From contig KZ538916.1 of NCBI GenBank assembly GCA_000934665.2, positions 1 through 40,820 on the forward strand: a stretch of 40,820 bases of DNA. The letters run 5' to 3'. The first letter of the stretch is position 1. Each line of letters begins with the position of its first letter. The position numbers were made by a program, and so were the translations under genes. The notes under the pieces were generated by a model, which did not search any database, was not told where the DNA came from, and saw only the letters and a program-made list of their open reading frames with translations. Shown here one piece after another: positions 23,601 through 38,599 of the stretch. The stretch comes from Catajapyx aquilonaris. Its lineage: Eukaryota.

Positions 23601-26600
23601 AAAGGGAAAGAGAGGATGGTGGGGAATGTTGCGGATTTTCTTGTCCGGTCGCTCCCTCCCCCGCCTTCCCCCCCAACGAGAGGAGCTCCGGATGCAGGCT
23701 TTTCACAAATGCTTGCAATTTTTTTTTGTACTCAACCCCTACCCGCTTGGACGCCGCTGCGACTGGCTTCAGCTTTTGCATTATTATTTTTTTTGTATGT
23801 TATCCCCTCCCCGCTCCTCCGCAACCTCCCCCAACCACACTTATTACAATTTCTAATTTGGGCTTTTTCCGGACCCCCGTAATAACGCTTGAACACAACG
23901 CAACTGGCGTATTAGTCCCCGCGCAAAAGATGTGTACACGTGTAGATACCTAAACACGACTCTGAGGGTCGTGCGGGCCAAAAAAAGCCGGCTCGTCACC
24001 ACATTACACGAAAAAATTTGAAGCAAAATTGGGCCCCCATTTTTTTTTGCAAAGTTCGCAAAAGACAGCGAACTATTACCACGATAACAGGATTGCAATC
24101 GCGTCAAAAATGATCGTACTGATAACAATCGCCGAAATTCAGTCGTAATTTCTAACAGTGTTTAAGATAAAAATTAGTTGAGTCTATCGGTAGCATGTGA
24201 CGCCAACTACTGCAAGACATGATTTGTGGCAATGAATTTCGCAACTTCATAGAAAAAAAAGTTTTCACTTTTCAATCAGATTTCTTCGCGTCCCTGTTCG
24301 CGTAACAGTCCAACTTTTTACCCCTGGATTGCAGGCCACTAGGCCGCACAAGAGAGGCACCAAAGTTGCCTAGAGGCCCAGGATGAACACTCTTTTGGGT
24401 ATGGTACCCCGCGGGGTCCATTTCCTGCACCGGGAGCTCTCCCGATTGAATAATAGCCAGCCGCTTCCAACCTTTGTGCCCGGACCCATCACTTGGATGT
24501 AAAATCTGGCCCCGGCGGCAATTTTATTTACCAACAGGGCCCTGCCTAGCTCTCTCTCTCCCTCCCCCACTGTTATTGTTTTGCAGCGTTGCAATGGCAA
24601 ACAAGGGGCTTTTCCTAACCGACTCCTGCTGGCAGTGAAGCCGCAGTCAATTGGACGCGGGATATCAAAATCGAGCCAACTTGATTTCGCACCCGGCGAT
24701 TTTACGATAATGACGTTTCCCCCGGTTTTGCAATACAAATTACACGAGCAATATCTCACAACTGATACCATAAAAGGTAATGGCTTCATGATGGTCAATG
24801 AAACACACGATCACGCATCCGATAGTCGATGTAATGCGAGGGAATGATGTAGTGTTGTAGGACTGAATGCGCTACACTTTGACAGATTGAGCCACGAGCC
24901 TGGGGTTCGCTAAAATAGGGTTTGACTCCCCCCCTCCCTCCCTATACCCAAGCTTTTGAATCTTTTGCGATTTCTCACACCATTTTCCTCTTTTTTTTCC
25001 CCGTCTCCGTTCTATATCCAACCAGTGGTGCCAGCTGTAAACCTGCTGCGTAAACGTTTATCGCCGACGGGGGGAAACAGCAAATTCCCAAATAAAATCG
25101 GCTGATACGAGGCGTGATTATTGACCTCCTGTTATTGTTCGCTCTCTGCCGGAAATTTCCTGCAATACTTGAATTGATGTCGAATATTGAAATTTCGTCG
25201 GGGCTGAGACGCTGGAGCCAACAACAAACACGACGCCTCTGAAAAAATATTTACGGGTTTCAAACAAAAACCTAGGCCCAGTTTTTTTTTTACACCTCGG
25301 TCTGCATAAAGCGGCGATGGTCACTTTAATAACTGCGGCGATAGGACCACCCCCCTGCACACAAACCCTCCCTTCAACCCTTTTCCAATTGTATTTTTCA
25401 GCCAGAGCCATTTTCTCTTTGCAGGTTCTCTCTCGCGAATTTTTTTTTTCTCGTAACCGCGTTTTGCTTTTATGCGCGAGACTTCATTTCCGGATTGTTT
25501 TGCCTATTTACCGTAAATTGCATGACAAGCTTGAAAGTAGGATTTATGAAGCGCTGTTCCCAGCCGCCTCTATCGAGATTTCGGGGCCTATCCCGGGGCA
25601 ATAATTAATTCTTACAACCGGGCAACGGAAAATAAAACATGCATCACCATCGCCATTACTTCTTCAATTTACAGTTCAAATCTGCATACAAACTGTGAAT
25701 GCATAAATAGCGGACCCCCCCCCCCTTTCCCCCCACTCTAATTTCGTTACAAAAGATTGTTACCACAACCGGAATGCCCGATATGGGTGGTGAAGAAAAG
25801 GAAAAGGGCCGAGCTTTTGCAGTGCATCATTTCGGCCGGGGATTTTAAGCGGTGGGAATTAGTTCCGTTTGTCCCCCTACCTCCGCCAGTCTATTTCATT
25901 AATTACAGCTGCCTTGTTGATTACAAGCATATGGCATAGCTATTATAACACAGGCGTTACCTGCCATATAGCGCAGAAGAAAAAGCTGGCACTAAAAATA
26001 CCGAATAAGTCCATCCCAAACTGCATAATTAAAAAAGTGTGCATCAGAGACAAGGACCGAACCTTGCAAGTACAACTTTTACCCGAATTTTTAGTCTGTG
26101 TCTATTTTTTTTCTCTCACTCTCTCCACATTTTATAGGATTCGAGCACAATGTTAGCTCCAATCTAGTCCGAGTTTCTGGTCATAAATGTCTTAGTATAT
26201 TTCTGGCTCTCCGTGCAAAATTTTCGAGCCAGTTTAAACTACGATGACTGCACCACCAACCCAGCTTTGGTCCATGCAATATTATCCGTGCACTAAAGCT
26301 ATATACGGCCAAAGATTTTCGCCCGACATTTTACATAATTAATATGTTAATGCATTAAAGAAAGGCGTCAGTTGGCAAATTTCTCATCTACAGCCATAAT
26401 ACAAGTCGACATCCCTCCCCCAAAAAAACTGTCACAGCCCCGCGACTCGCTGAGTTTTCAAATAACACGAATAGTTTGCAGCTAATACACCACTCCTCTT
26501 TTTTTTTTGAAGTCGAGATGAGGCAGTCACCCAGAAACTTCTTGCTTCAATAATGCCCTCCAGGATTTATTTGGTGTGTCTCGACAGATCCCCACTTTAT

Positions 26601-29600
26601 GGGTAGGAACCTGCAGTCGAGACAAAGAACTGCAGGATGGAGAAAAAAAAAGGACTGCACCTTACGACTGCGGATGCAAATGAAGGCGGCAAATGTTAAT
26701 AGGGTGGGGGTAAAGTGGGGGTAAATCTTAGGCTTTTTTTCTTGGAGGGAAAGAGAAGAAAAAGACGCAATGCTGCACGGTGGCTGAGGCGACGTCTTGG
26801 CGTTAAGATCGGCCTCAGCGTTATCGGATATCAGCCCTCGAATGGCATAGCGGTGGGAATCACAGCCAATCTCCCTCCTTTCCCCAGGAGTTGAGTGAGA
26901 GAGGGGGGGTGAAAACTTTGCAGCTTTCCCTCATTTGTGCCAAGAGAAAAGAGAGGAGGAGCATGGAGGAGGGGGAGGCTCATTATGGCCTAAGCCTGGT
27001 CAAAGCTAAGGCGCAAAGATGCTTTTCGTAAAGGTTCCCAAAGGTTCATGATTGTTTCCCTCCAGGAGTAATTAAAGCACTGGTAATTTCCCTGAAAGGC
27101 TAATTAAGCCATTCCTAATAAGACGGAAAGAGAAGGCTTTGTTCATTTACCAGGACGACCCCATAAAAATTATCCCCGCAACTTAAGGCTTACAGCCACT
27201 GGCCTAACCAAGGATGCCTTCGCAGTAACATGCTCCTCGGCTAAAGGATCCTATTAAACGTTTCCCTCGCCGCCCTGGAAACCGATTCGGGGCTGAGGAA
27301 ATTCGGGAATTGCTTCGGCTGCCCCCATACCTTGAACTGCTTCCCATCTTCAAGACGACTCCCAAGTTACGTGTCGTACCATATAAACCGAAATTACAAG
27401 CATACAGAGAGACACACTTCCGCTCCTTGCTGGATTATTCCTCCACTTGGCCATATACGTGCAGATACGACTTTTTTCCCCCCAAAGAACAGCTAACTGT
27501 ATTTGGCATTGTCCCACTTTTTTGTCTCCTACAATGACGCGTCCCATAATGCCACGGGGACAGCTATCCCCTCTCTGCTCCTTCCCCCTCTTCAATAATA
27601 GCTGTCAGCGCCATCACGAGACACTTCTTCCACCTACTTACAAACTGATGGCCTTTTGTAAGGAGAGGGGAGGAGGCCAAAACTTTAAGAAAACGACACC
27701 CGAAAAAACTTGGAGGCGCCTGTATTGTTAAAGGAAGACTTGTGACGTCCTTCCCTCCGCCCTGGTCTCAACTGCCGGGGTCCCCCACAAAAGGAGTAAT
27801 ATTTCCACTCCCGCTGCGATGCCAAAGGGGAGGGCAGACAACAAGCGACTAAAAAATCTAGAATGTACACCCTTCCCCCTAGAGAGAGAGAGACTATAAG
27901 GTCAGTAAGATGGCCTTTTCCGGGACCGCACATTGGTTTTGTATAATCAGCAGGAGGGAGGCGAGGAAGCAAAGAAAATTGTGCGACTGGGCTATGGATG
28001 GAAAAACGTAAAAATGTGTGTTAAAAAAAACCTGCGAGGGGGAAGGGGGAGGTGTGGGAGAGGGTCTATAGTTCTATAGCACCATGGCCGCTAACCAGCC
28101 CCAGTGCCACAGACCGGCGGGTCGTCAAGTGTTCACTTACACTTCACTTGCACTGAATACCCTCTCTAACTGCCAAATTCTGTGGCTCCAATGGGGAATG
28201 AACGATGGAAATCATCGCACTATAATGACATTAAACTCATTAAATCAAAATGCAGAGAAGCGTTTTAGCAGCTTTTTCGGCTCGACTGCTCCCCCGAATA
28301 CTTTGGGAGCACATCGAAAGAGAAAAGTAGGGAGGTTGGATGGTGGTGGTAGGGGAGGTGGGGGGGTTAGAAAAGAGGAAAATGAGAACACTTTATGTGT
28401 AAGTTTTTTTTTCCTTTTTCAAAAAGTGGGTGGGAGGCTGCTCCTCCTTTTAGGACACCAGCAAGGGGATAATAGATAGTGCCTTGTTAAGACGTAAGGC
28501 GCAAACTTTATACATTCCCACAGGATTTTATACGCGCCCGCCCTGAATGGGTTATGGCTCTGGTTGTGGCTTCGAGAGAGATATCCCCTACACAAAATCC
28601 GTAATGAATTTTCCAGATTAATTCGACGGGGGTTGGTGCTGGGGTAGGGGGAAAAGGAACATCTAGACGACGGCGTCACACACGCCTGGGCCTCCCAAAA
28701 AAAAACTCTCATCTGCCCGCCGCTTCAACAACACATTTTAATTAACGGGGAGCTATTATTCAATTAAAACTCGGCAATACAATAACTGAGACACCAGTTT
28801 GTTGTCGCTTGTTGCTTTGTATGACTGCGCAACATGAAGTAATCGATAAATATGTTTCATTACTGTAATTAATTCAGTTCTTTTATGAGTAGGGGGGTAA
28901 AGCCCAGAGAGGATGCGAGGAGAGGGGGGGGGACAACAAAAAAGTGGGTGGTAGGGGTGGGCTTGTTTCATCGGGGGGGCCATATGTTCAGTCACGGACA
29001 GTTCTTGCAGAGTCATTCATTTTATCAACACTTCAGCCTTTTCCAAGCATTTTCAGCTGTCATTCCCCCTCTCCGCACTAAATAGGGTCGATCTATATAA
29101 AAAAATGGCAAATTGACAAACACGGACAGTGCAATTACACAAATTGAAAACACAGTATGGTATTTAAAGTTTCAAAATAATGGATATCGCCATTTGCAAT
29201 TTTTTTGTGCAATTCTTGAATCCATTTTTCCTTGTTTTCATCCCCAGTTCCTAACGAAGCACGCACCTTAAGCAATTAACACTTCTTTGAAGAATCGACT
29301 GACACAAAAAGAAGTCGACAGTTTGCTCGAAAAAAAAACCGGAGCATCGCTCTTCATTCGTTCCAAGTATTTATCGGATGGGAGCCTAAGACAGTCAACG
29401 CCTTCTCTTTGTTTCGCCCTTTACATCCCTAATTGGACAGCACGATAATGAGGAGGAAGGGGGCGGAAAAATGGTTCTTTCGCCTCTCCTCCCACTTATA
29501 TAAAAAGCAAAGAGATTTCCTCAAGGAAGCAAATCTATAGGCATTGTTTGAAATTTTACATCAGTTTTCTTGAGGTCCCAATCGTCGTGCAATGTCTGGT

Positions 29601-32600
29601 TTTGCTGTGTATATCTCAGGTTGTGAAATCTCAACAGTGATTTTGGTCCATCCCTTCCGTTCCGATGCAACCCAACTGAATTTGTCCCCATTTTCCTCCT
29701 CCTCCTCCTCCTCCCTTCCATCACATCCTCCCCCCTAACCCATCCCATGTCATGGCAGCTTGTGAGCCAAAAGGGGCAGATCCCTATAACTAAAACCACT
29801 TTCCCACTGGGCAAATGGGAACTGGACCCCGCCACCGGACGCCATTTGGCCTTTCCATCCTCCCCCCCATCCACCCCCACCGTCCCTCTTCCCAGAACAA
29901 GACATTGAGGGTAGCCATCCATGAAAGATGGGATGCTCAAGAAAACCAAAATAACGGCAAAGCCTTCCCCTTTTTCCACCCACTATATCCAACCATCCAG
30001 AAGAGGGCCCTTTAAAAAAGAAAAATCCTTCAACGTGTTGCTCAAACTGCTGAGGCGGCATCATACCCTTCCACCCAACCACCCACCAAAAACCTCCGGA
30101 TTATCGTCCAGCCTCCCTCTGGACGCCCCCAAGCCCATTCCGGCCTAGGGCGGCCGATCCGGGCGGGCGACCCCCGATGCTTCCGGCGCGTTATGGCCCC
30201 TACCCCCACCTCTTTCAACCCCCCCGCAGACTCTCTTCCGACCTACAGCGTCAGCAGGCCAAAAGTGGGAGGAGCCTCAGGACACAGCTTGACCACTGTC
30301 CACTGACCCATCATGCTGCATTACGCTGTCTCGATGCAAATCTTCATGGAAATTCCACCCAAGAATACCGATACATCGCCCAAATGCAATATCGATATAC
30401 ACCCCCTATCACTATCGATACACAGCTTGGGGGGGAAAAAAATGCAACAATTAATTCGATGATCCAGATCGATTGGCATTGGAAACCAGCCATATCCTAT
30501 AGCATATGCAACCAACCTTAGTAGAATCCGGGGGCCATATATTACCATCAAATTGGCACCGAATTCTCCCCCATAAAATTGAACCTGTATAACGAAATAG
30601 CCTCCTTTTTTTCCACCCCCGTTGCCATTACGACGGGTGGGGGGGGGGGGGGGGGGGGNCCCATAGACGATAGATGGCGCTCTCAAGCCCACTGAAACTT
30701 CCTTTTCTGGAAAATGTATTAAGGAGCACCCCCACCTCCCACCATCTATGTCTCAGTCCCCTCGATTTCTTTCTGTTTCCTGCACCCGCAACCGATCATT
30801 TCTTCCACCTGTACAATTTCCTTCCCGTTTGGTTTCTATCATGACAATCCCTTCAAATAAAGAGGACTTTGGGCCAACACCGCCTGAGGGAGGGAGGGGG
30901 GGAGGGGGAACTGATCCCTCCAATTCCCTTTTCTACCCCCTTTACTTTTTTTTTATACCCAGAGATAATCGATACCCAGTTAGGTGTATAGGCAACCTGA
31001 CATGTGCAATTAAGGACGCTTTGCATACGAGGTGAATCCGTCAAGACGCCCCCATAGAAATCCCGCAGTTCAATCACTGCCAATTGTTGCAGACTCCCCA
31101 AGACTTTTTCTCTCAGAGGAAGGGGGCAGTGATGTCCGGTCGGGTTCTACAAAAAAAAACCTGGGTCCTCTACCCTCCCAAAATATTGATCCTTCCACAT
31201 ATGAATCGCAGCGATTCGTTATAGAGGGGACTGTGTCGGTAAATCAGCAGCAAAAAGAGAGAGCTGGATAGTGGTGGGTGGAAGGGGGGAGGAAAAGAGG
31301 GTGTGGTGGATGGTGGGGGGAAGTTCGGGGGTTCCAGATCGGATGTGGGAATAGGAAAGGAGGAAAAAAAAATACATATATTCCTCCGCCTGGTTAGGAA
31401 ATACGTTTTCATGTAGAGAAGTAGCGAAACATTGATCAGTCCGCACTTCATCATTGCATCAACGCCCGGAGGTTACGGGGCCTTTAACAAAAGCAAAACT
31501 GACGTTGGAGGAAACCAGGGGGGAGGAGAGAGAGAGAGAGAGAGAAATTTTGAGAACAGAACATTGCTGTATCTCCAAGTGATTTCCTGGGACCCCCCCT
31601 CAATTGCGAAAATGAAAAGATCATACCGCTGGGTGTGTTTCCTGCAAAGTTGGACCAGTGAAGAGTGGTTGGGGAGGGAACATACATAGACATACATACA
31701 CAAAAAAGGAAATGGGGGGGGGGGGGGGGGGGACATGCNNNNNNNNNNNNNNNNNNNNNNNNNNNNNNNNNGGGGGCGTGGACAAGTTGTTTCTCTTTCC
31801 CGAGCAAATGGGGTAGTTTGGTCCAGGGGTTTGCTATTTCACTGCCCTGCAGTACTGAAGGCATTCTGAAAAAGGAGCACCTGCTCATTACTGGGGAGCC
31901 CAGCAGAAGCCGGGAGCACAACTACCCTCTCTACCTTTTGCCAGAATCGGGTTCCGCCATTTGCGCCATTCAAGCTAGATGATGACCCGCCATACACTGC
32001 ACCCCTCCCCCTCGCATTTATCCTGCCATCTATCGGATGAGCCACTAGGTCATCCGATACAAGGACGGCCTTAAGGGGCAAAAGTCCACTGAAGCATCTA
32101 GCAGCCAATAGATCGGGGCCACAGTCTTTTTTTTTAAAAAAAATCAGCTTGTTTTGGTCCAGCCAACATGAAGTTTTGACTCACCCTATGTATGGAATTT
32201 TCGATATTGGGCTAACAGGCCTTACCATCAATTTTGATCCAGCATAAATCTGGCCTAACTGGGTCACACCCCCAAACGAAGTCGCTGGTGAGTCATTTAA
32301 GCGCAGGATAAAGTCAATTTGGTCGTAAATTTCTCCCTAACTAATAACCAGCCTATAATGTGCGCCATGTTTTTAGCTTATTTTAATTAACGCCTTCATT
32401 GCTAACTACCCCCTTCCATAGTGTTGTTCCTTCTGCATTTTCCTTACAAGAGCTGATTTTTACATTTTTTATTTATACAATTGTCTGTATATATCCTAAA
32501 AGCACCATATTATTATAATTTGCTCAAAATTGATTTGAATTTATACTCCAGAGCGTAAACTATTGTGTAGATCATAATTTTGATCAAGGTCTACAGCTGG

Positions 32601-34129
32601 AGCAAAAGCAATCATACCCCAAAAGAAAGTTTGACCCAGTTTTATTTACTATAGGGAGACTAGACAGCGCATTTGTTGCCAAACCTCTATCGAAGACAAC
32701 ATTGCTTATTGTCTCAATTGGTCAGCAAGACATTTCGTATCCCTCAGTTTTTTTTTTCTTTAGATATTTTGAGACTTCTCCAGCCTGTACTTTGTTTGGC
32801 ATTTCCTCCCACAATATCTCCAGTACAAATCAACTCTCCTAACTCCATGACACCGCCATCTACACCCGAACCTCCTAACCTCCCCCCCAGATTTAATAAA
32901 GGCGCTGAAAAAGCCCTCCAGATTCCAACAACCTAATGAAAAAACCTCCCCAATAATAATGCCTAAAACACATGACAAAAAAACGCTTTGCCAATAGCGA
33001 TGTAGTACAACAATAAGCCTTTTTCCGTTACCTCGCCAAGAGGCGGCTCTTTTCGGCTCCTGTTTCTTACGGCAGATGACGAGCCTTCATCATAAAAGAC
33101 GGAGGGGAAAGGCTGTATCGTTTAGAGAGGAGAGCCCAGGGAGTGAGTGGCGAAGGAAAGAAAAAAAAAAGTTTCATCCCTTCATCGCAACAAGTGTTGG
33201 GTAAGAAAACGCAGGCTCCTGAGAGAAGAAGCGAAAAAAAAGAGAGACGCTTCCCTCTTCTTGGAAGCTAAACTCTTTAAGAGCAAAGGGGGAGAAAAAA
33301 TGTATACGGAAAGAAGAAAACTTGAAAGTTGAGGCGTAATGAATGCAATGCTGGTTTGAAAATGACTTTGAGTGAGGATTAATTCCTTTGAAAATGGAGT
33401 CAGAAAATGTTCCTTGGGCCTTATTTTTTTCTCCTCTCTCTCTCTCCCTCCCTCCTTTCTTGTTGGAAGGGAATCCCCGACTGCACGATTTGGGTGATGG
33501 GCGTTTTAGTGAACAAGTCATTAAATGAAAAAGTAAGGGGTGTTAAGGCGACAGAGATTAAGTGCTAAGCCTACTTTGGGCGGAACTGATTAACTGAATA
33601 AGTGCAGACTTTTTTTTAACTCTTTTTTTTCCCCGAGCGAGTTTCCTAGATTTTTTTCTCGTTGCCAACAGCACCTGATATTTGGTCACTTACTATTTAA
33701 TAAGGCCAAATATTTGCGGATCAGCATGTGTGCCGAGATCGCTTTAATTCCACCTGAGAAACGTACCAAAAAGGTGTATAGGCCAGGGCTCCCCGTTCTC
33801 TTCTGGGCGCGCCTTTGGGGATTAATACCACTCCAACTTGGCCACTTGTAATGAAATTTTGCATATTTATTGCCGCGGTCAAAATTTCAACGCTAATTCC
33901 TACAAGCATTCCAAGACGACGGACTTCGTCTTACTAATCCTATATGTGCTGTAAGAGTCGAGACAAGTGGGTACAGCATGAAGAAAGAATGAGTTATACC
34001 ACCCGTGACATAAAATGCATCGAGCCCTTTTATTTATTTAAGAAATTCAAACACAAAAAGCCAATTTCTCATTATTAGACGGTCAGCATATTGAAGTAAA
34101 GTTTCATCCATGTTATTGGTTAAAGTCGT

Positions 34130-34143
34130 ATTGCCATGGCAAC
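34130..34143. promoter_or_regulatory. Isolated near-consensus RFX X-box
   Basis: ATTGCCATGGCAAC is a 13/14 match to GTTGCCATGGCAAC. No associated gene start was identified. Confidence 0.3.
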
Positions 34144-37100
34144 TCGCAATGCAATTTTGCTGAAACAGAAGCCATATCTTCAGGCCAGCATTAAAACATG
34201 CATGGCTGATGTCCTATGCAAAAGGGCTGATATAATAATTAAACATTTACTTCTAAAAGTTCTTCGTCATATTAACTATTTGACCACTGGATTCGTTCAG
34301 GCAACTACCAAGTTCAAGTGTGGACCCCAGGGAATAATAAGAGCTGGAAGCGACACATTCGCTGATTAACTGGTGATCCAATTGTATTGTCCCGTTTCAG
34401 CTAAATTTTTAAACTACCTAATCTGCTTATTTTAACTACTCACTTTATTAGTACCTAACAATATTAGCGCGAATTGAAAAATAAGAGCTGTGAATTGCAA
34501 TCAATCCGATTGGAAACAATTAGCACCGAACCTCAATGACTGACCCCATATTTTAAGGCTTAAACCAAATATTATCACCTAATAGTTTCCATACCCACTA
34601 AAACAAGCATGCTTGGTGCGATAAATGAAACGAACGATTTAATATCAATCTGCTATTCATTATTTATCAGGTGTATGTTCTGTTAAAACTATAGGTGTAA
34701 AAAAAAATTATCTCCTCCCATCTCCACTGAGGTATACTGCACACCCTGTACCCAGTCTTCACCCTATTTTCTTTAATTTATGCACCGGTAATCTACACCT
34801 TCCCCTACTACACACACTACGATGTCACAAGTGGGCCACCCCCCATATCGCAGGTCCCCCGAATTAGCATTTAATGGCGCATAGACCATTTTTCCACGTG
34901 ATTCCGTGGATGGTCCGAGCTGGAAATGAATTTTTCCCCACCCTCTCCCCTCTCCTCCCCTCCTCCCTGCAACCGGACATGACAAATGCCGTTTAACTGA
35001 CCAGCTAACTATACGAAATGGCTGGGAAAAGCGAGGCTTGTGCTAGTTGGTGGGGGGGAACACTCCCTCCCTCTTTTTCGCCGAAGAGATGGAAGGTACT
35101 TGGTTGAATAGCTGCCAAGAGCCTCCCGTGGAGTCCATGCGTGGTTAGAAATCAGCAAACAGCCGCAGGAAAGAGTCGTGGGGGCAGCAGGGGCCACCCA
35201 CTCCCCCCCTTTTAAAAAAGTATAGGGTTTTTTTGGGGGGGTGGGGTGGGGGGTGGGTTCCACTCTTCCCTTATGCCAATAGCCTACCCCAGGTACTGGT
35301 GTCAGCGAAATTCACATTTTCAAGTTTTATACCGCTTCGGCGGTAATCAAATTAGAGTCCAGACTCTGGGTGATCTCTCTGATCCTTTCCATGGGTTTGA
35401 ACTGGCCAGTGGCCAGCCGGGCCCCGCCCCCACATACACGGAAGGTTCTTGTTCCTCCCCCACCCCCTACCAAAAACCCCATGGTAAAAAGGGCTACGAG
35501 CTCTTTTTTTAGGGGGGAGGTAAAGGGGGGGGGGGGTTAGAGGCAGTCAGGGGAGGTAATAATGTTCCCTGATGTAGCTCCTGTCATTTGGGTCAGAACC
35601 TAAAGAGTTTGGCCCCCCTCCTCTATCCCTAAATGTCCTTCACTTTTGCTACTGGCACCGAGTCCAGAAAAGGCAGGAAAAATAGTTAGAACGATAAGCC
35701 ACTCTCTCTTTTTTTTTCTTTAAACAACTGAAGCTCCGCCCATCTCCCAAACTTATGAATAATCGATTTTTATTAGTTTTTAACTATTACTTTGACCTTG
35801 CCCGACAGATATGGATCGAACCACCATCAATGGAAATCTTTGTTGGCGCTGTGACAAAGCCCATGGTGGGGGGAGAACCGGGTTTGGAATTGGTCGACAA
35901 CTTCGGTGATGGATTCTGCATTAGGCAATGCCGTGAATGAAATTTACAACTCGTTAAGTTTTGTAGAGATATGATGCTCATTAGTGCTTGATTCGAATGC
36001 AATATCAGAGTCAATGAGAGAGAATATTTGATTTCAAAAAATTTGCACAAAAATTGGGCAAAACACAGCGATTTTTCGTTACTTTAAAGGCTACGTAATA
36101 TATTAACTGCTTCTGATCGCACAAAAGAGCCAACTGCATCCCACATCTCGACCACCTTCTGTGAATCACGACAAAACCCCTCGAGCCAAAATCCCCCCGC
36201 GAAAGTCCCCAGTTACCTATCATTTACACCGGACGACTGCTGAGACTTCCAGAAAAAAAAAAACTAAAAGGAAAAGGACTGCTGGAAGGTGCAAAGGCAA
36301 GCTCCCTTCAAGAAACGAAGAAGAAGAAGAAGAAGGAAAAAAAATGTTCTTTCCACCCGAAAAAAAGGTCGGTTCCTCCATGCTGCCAGTTTGAGCACCT
36401 TAATGATAATCACTGTCCGCTTGTAAGAACTGGAAGGCCAGGAAACGAACTTTTTATGGGGGCGAAACACCCGTGAGAGTAAGGAAAACAAGTCCCGATC
36501 ATTAAATAAATGACTTCACTGATGGCCCTTCATTCGCTTCGATAGAAGATTGGAAAGTCCTTTCTCTCTTCTAGCCAGTCGCGTCTCCCCTTGTTTACCT
36601 CCAGATTTTTTTTTTCCTTCAGAATCTTCCTCCCCCCTAGTAAAGTCTCCCCATCTCCATTTCCACCCCCCCCCCCTTTAGCCTCCCAACCCACCAATAA
36701 AACCAGCGAAAAATATTGATGACTAGGATGCAGGTTGCTTTCCTCGTCACGCGTCTTCAAGCTTCCCAATTGCCCAAGATGGTAAACATAAGAGATAGTG
36801 AGAGAGAGAGAGAGAAGGAAACGTTTCCTTTTCTCCAAAATGCTACTTGCGGCCCCCAAGCAGCTTTTGACTGCGATTTTCAGATGCTACTAATGAATAT
36901 CAGGCCGCCGGATCATGTCACTTGCCGAGGATTTCCCCTCACCAACGTTTTAACACTCAGAGATGAAACTGATTTCACGCCCTCTCCCGGGCTCAGATTG
37001 CGGCTTCTTTGGTTTCCAACTACAATGCCGGAGCTGCCAGGAGAAGAAAGGTCGACCTCTCCACCGAGTTAATACGAGATACTCTTAATTAACCCGGAAT

Positions 37101-38599
37101 TGGTAAGTAATTTGCAGTGGGATGTCAGTCAGGTAGCTTAATGTGGGGCTGAATGTCAGATCGAGCGTTAAATGATCGAGGGTTTAAATTATGCAGGCAG
37201 GTAGTAGCGTATTTCCAACCCCTTCACCCGATAGTCCAATAAGAACAACACCCGATGTGATAACCGCGTCGAAAAATTCGTCGGCATATTTCCATAAAAT
37301 TATTTCAAAAAAAAATGAGCAAGAAACTCAGTAATCGGTTAAATATTCAGCACACTTTTGTACCTTTATGTATGTTCACAATTAATTTGTCGTTAATTTT
37401 AAAAATAATTTTCACACCACAAATCCGGACCACTACATGACGCATGGACAATACTTGTTCCTGAAATGTCACTTCTGAACTCCGAGAAGCATGGCCAAAA
37501 AAGACAACCACGTTGCCCACATCCTGAACAATTTTTGTGGGCAGGAAGGTGCAAAACTAAGGATGGAAAAAAAAAATTGGAAGAAAAAGACTGGCACAAA
37601 AACTTGGTGTCAACTGTTGCGTGCCATCCACAATCCCCCAGCGTGTGAACTTCCATGGTTGGTGAACCGTACGAGAAACATCCTTTGCAAAACTCTNNNN
37701 NNNNNNNNNNNNNNNNNNNNNNNCCCCCCCCCCCCCCCCGCCTCTCCTACGAAAAAAATAAATAAAAATGGAGCAATTTGTTATTCCAAATATGCGCAGA
37801 TTTTTTAGAAGGCGTAGACATGCAATGTTGCAAACCCCCGCCAGTTACCAATTGGGCTGATTTCGCACTCGAATGACCCAACACCGATACCGAATTGTGA
37901 GCGTGTTAATACCCCCATTGTTACGGCCAGACATGCGGAAAATGCAACTTTTATTTTTACGCCCGGAGGACACCATTCGCCCCCCCTGAAAAAAAAATTC
38001 GGGCCGATTTTTCACATCATTTGCCGTCGGTGAGCTTTTTCTTAATTTTTGGGGACCACTGTAGTCCCCCCCCCCCTCAGAACCCCAAGGCCTGCGGATC
38101 CGTGACAGGGATGCAAAATATGCTCACAAGGTCATGAATATGAATGCAGGGAAACGTTGAAGTTTCCGAATATACCTGGGCATATGCAACAGAAGAACGC
38201 GGCTCATGTTTTGTTAATGAGATTTGCCCCCCACCCCCTCCTCCTCCTCCTCCCCCCCACCTCCCTAATAAAGGCCAAAATCATTTTGCACATTGCAATG
38301 AGTTGGCGTTCTCTAGTATTTCAGCAAGGGAGGCAGAATATCGTCTCGCGGAAAAGACTGAATTTATATTGTACACTGACAGTCGGTTTTGCAGGTTTTG
38401 GGAAAGAGAAAATTCAACATCAGGGGGAGGAGGAATGTAAAAGAGATTGGGTTGCTAGGGAGAGTTTTAAGTCCAACTTGCGACGTAACGTGATGGACCA
38501 CTCCGTATATACGGACCGTGCCATATTGGACATGTATGGACGAAAAGTCTGAATTAAACAAACGTTTAGATTGTTTTAAAAATTCAATTCAATTCAATC

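Larger units (their letters stand above)
5075..37723. other. Seven assembly gaps or ambiguous bases (dispersed, not a continuous feature)
   Basis: N runs at 5075-5084, 6182, 12465-12543, 21797-21890, 30659, 31739-31771 and 37697-37723. Each abuts a G or C run. Confidence 0.95.

Noticed and set aside
24147..24160. AATTTCTAACAGTG, a possible right end of a CACTG-type MITE
   Set aside because: No convincing matching left terminus was found.
34741..34750. ACACCCTGTA solo mariner-like terminus
   Set aside because: Only 10 bp and no partner inverted repeat nearby.
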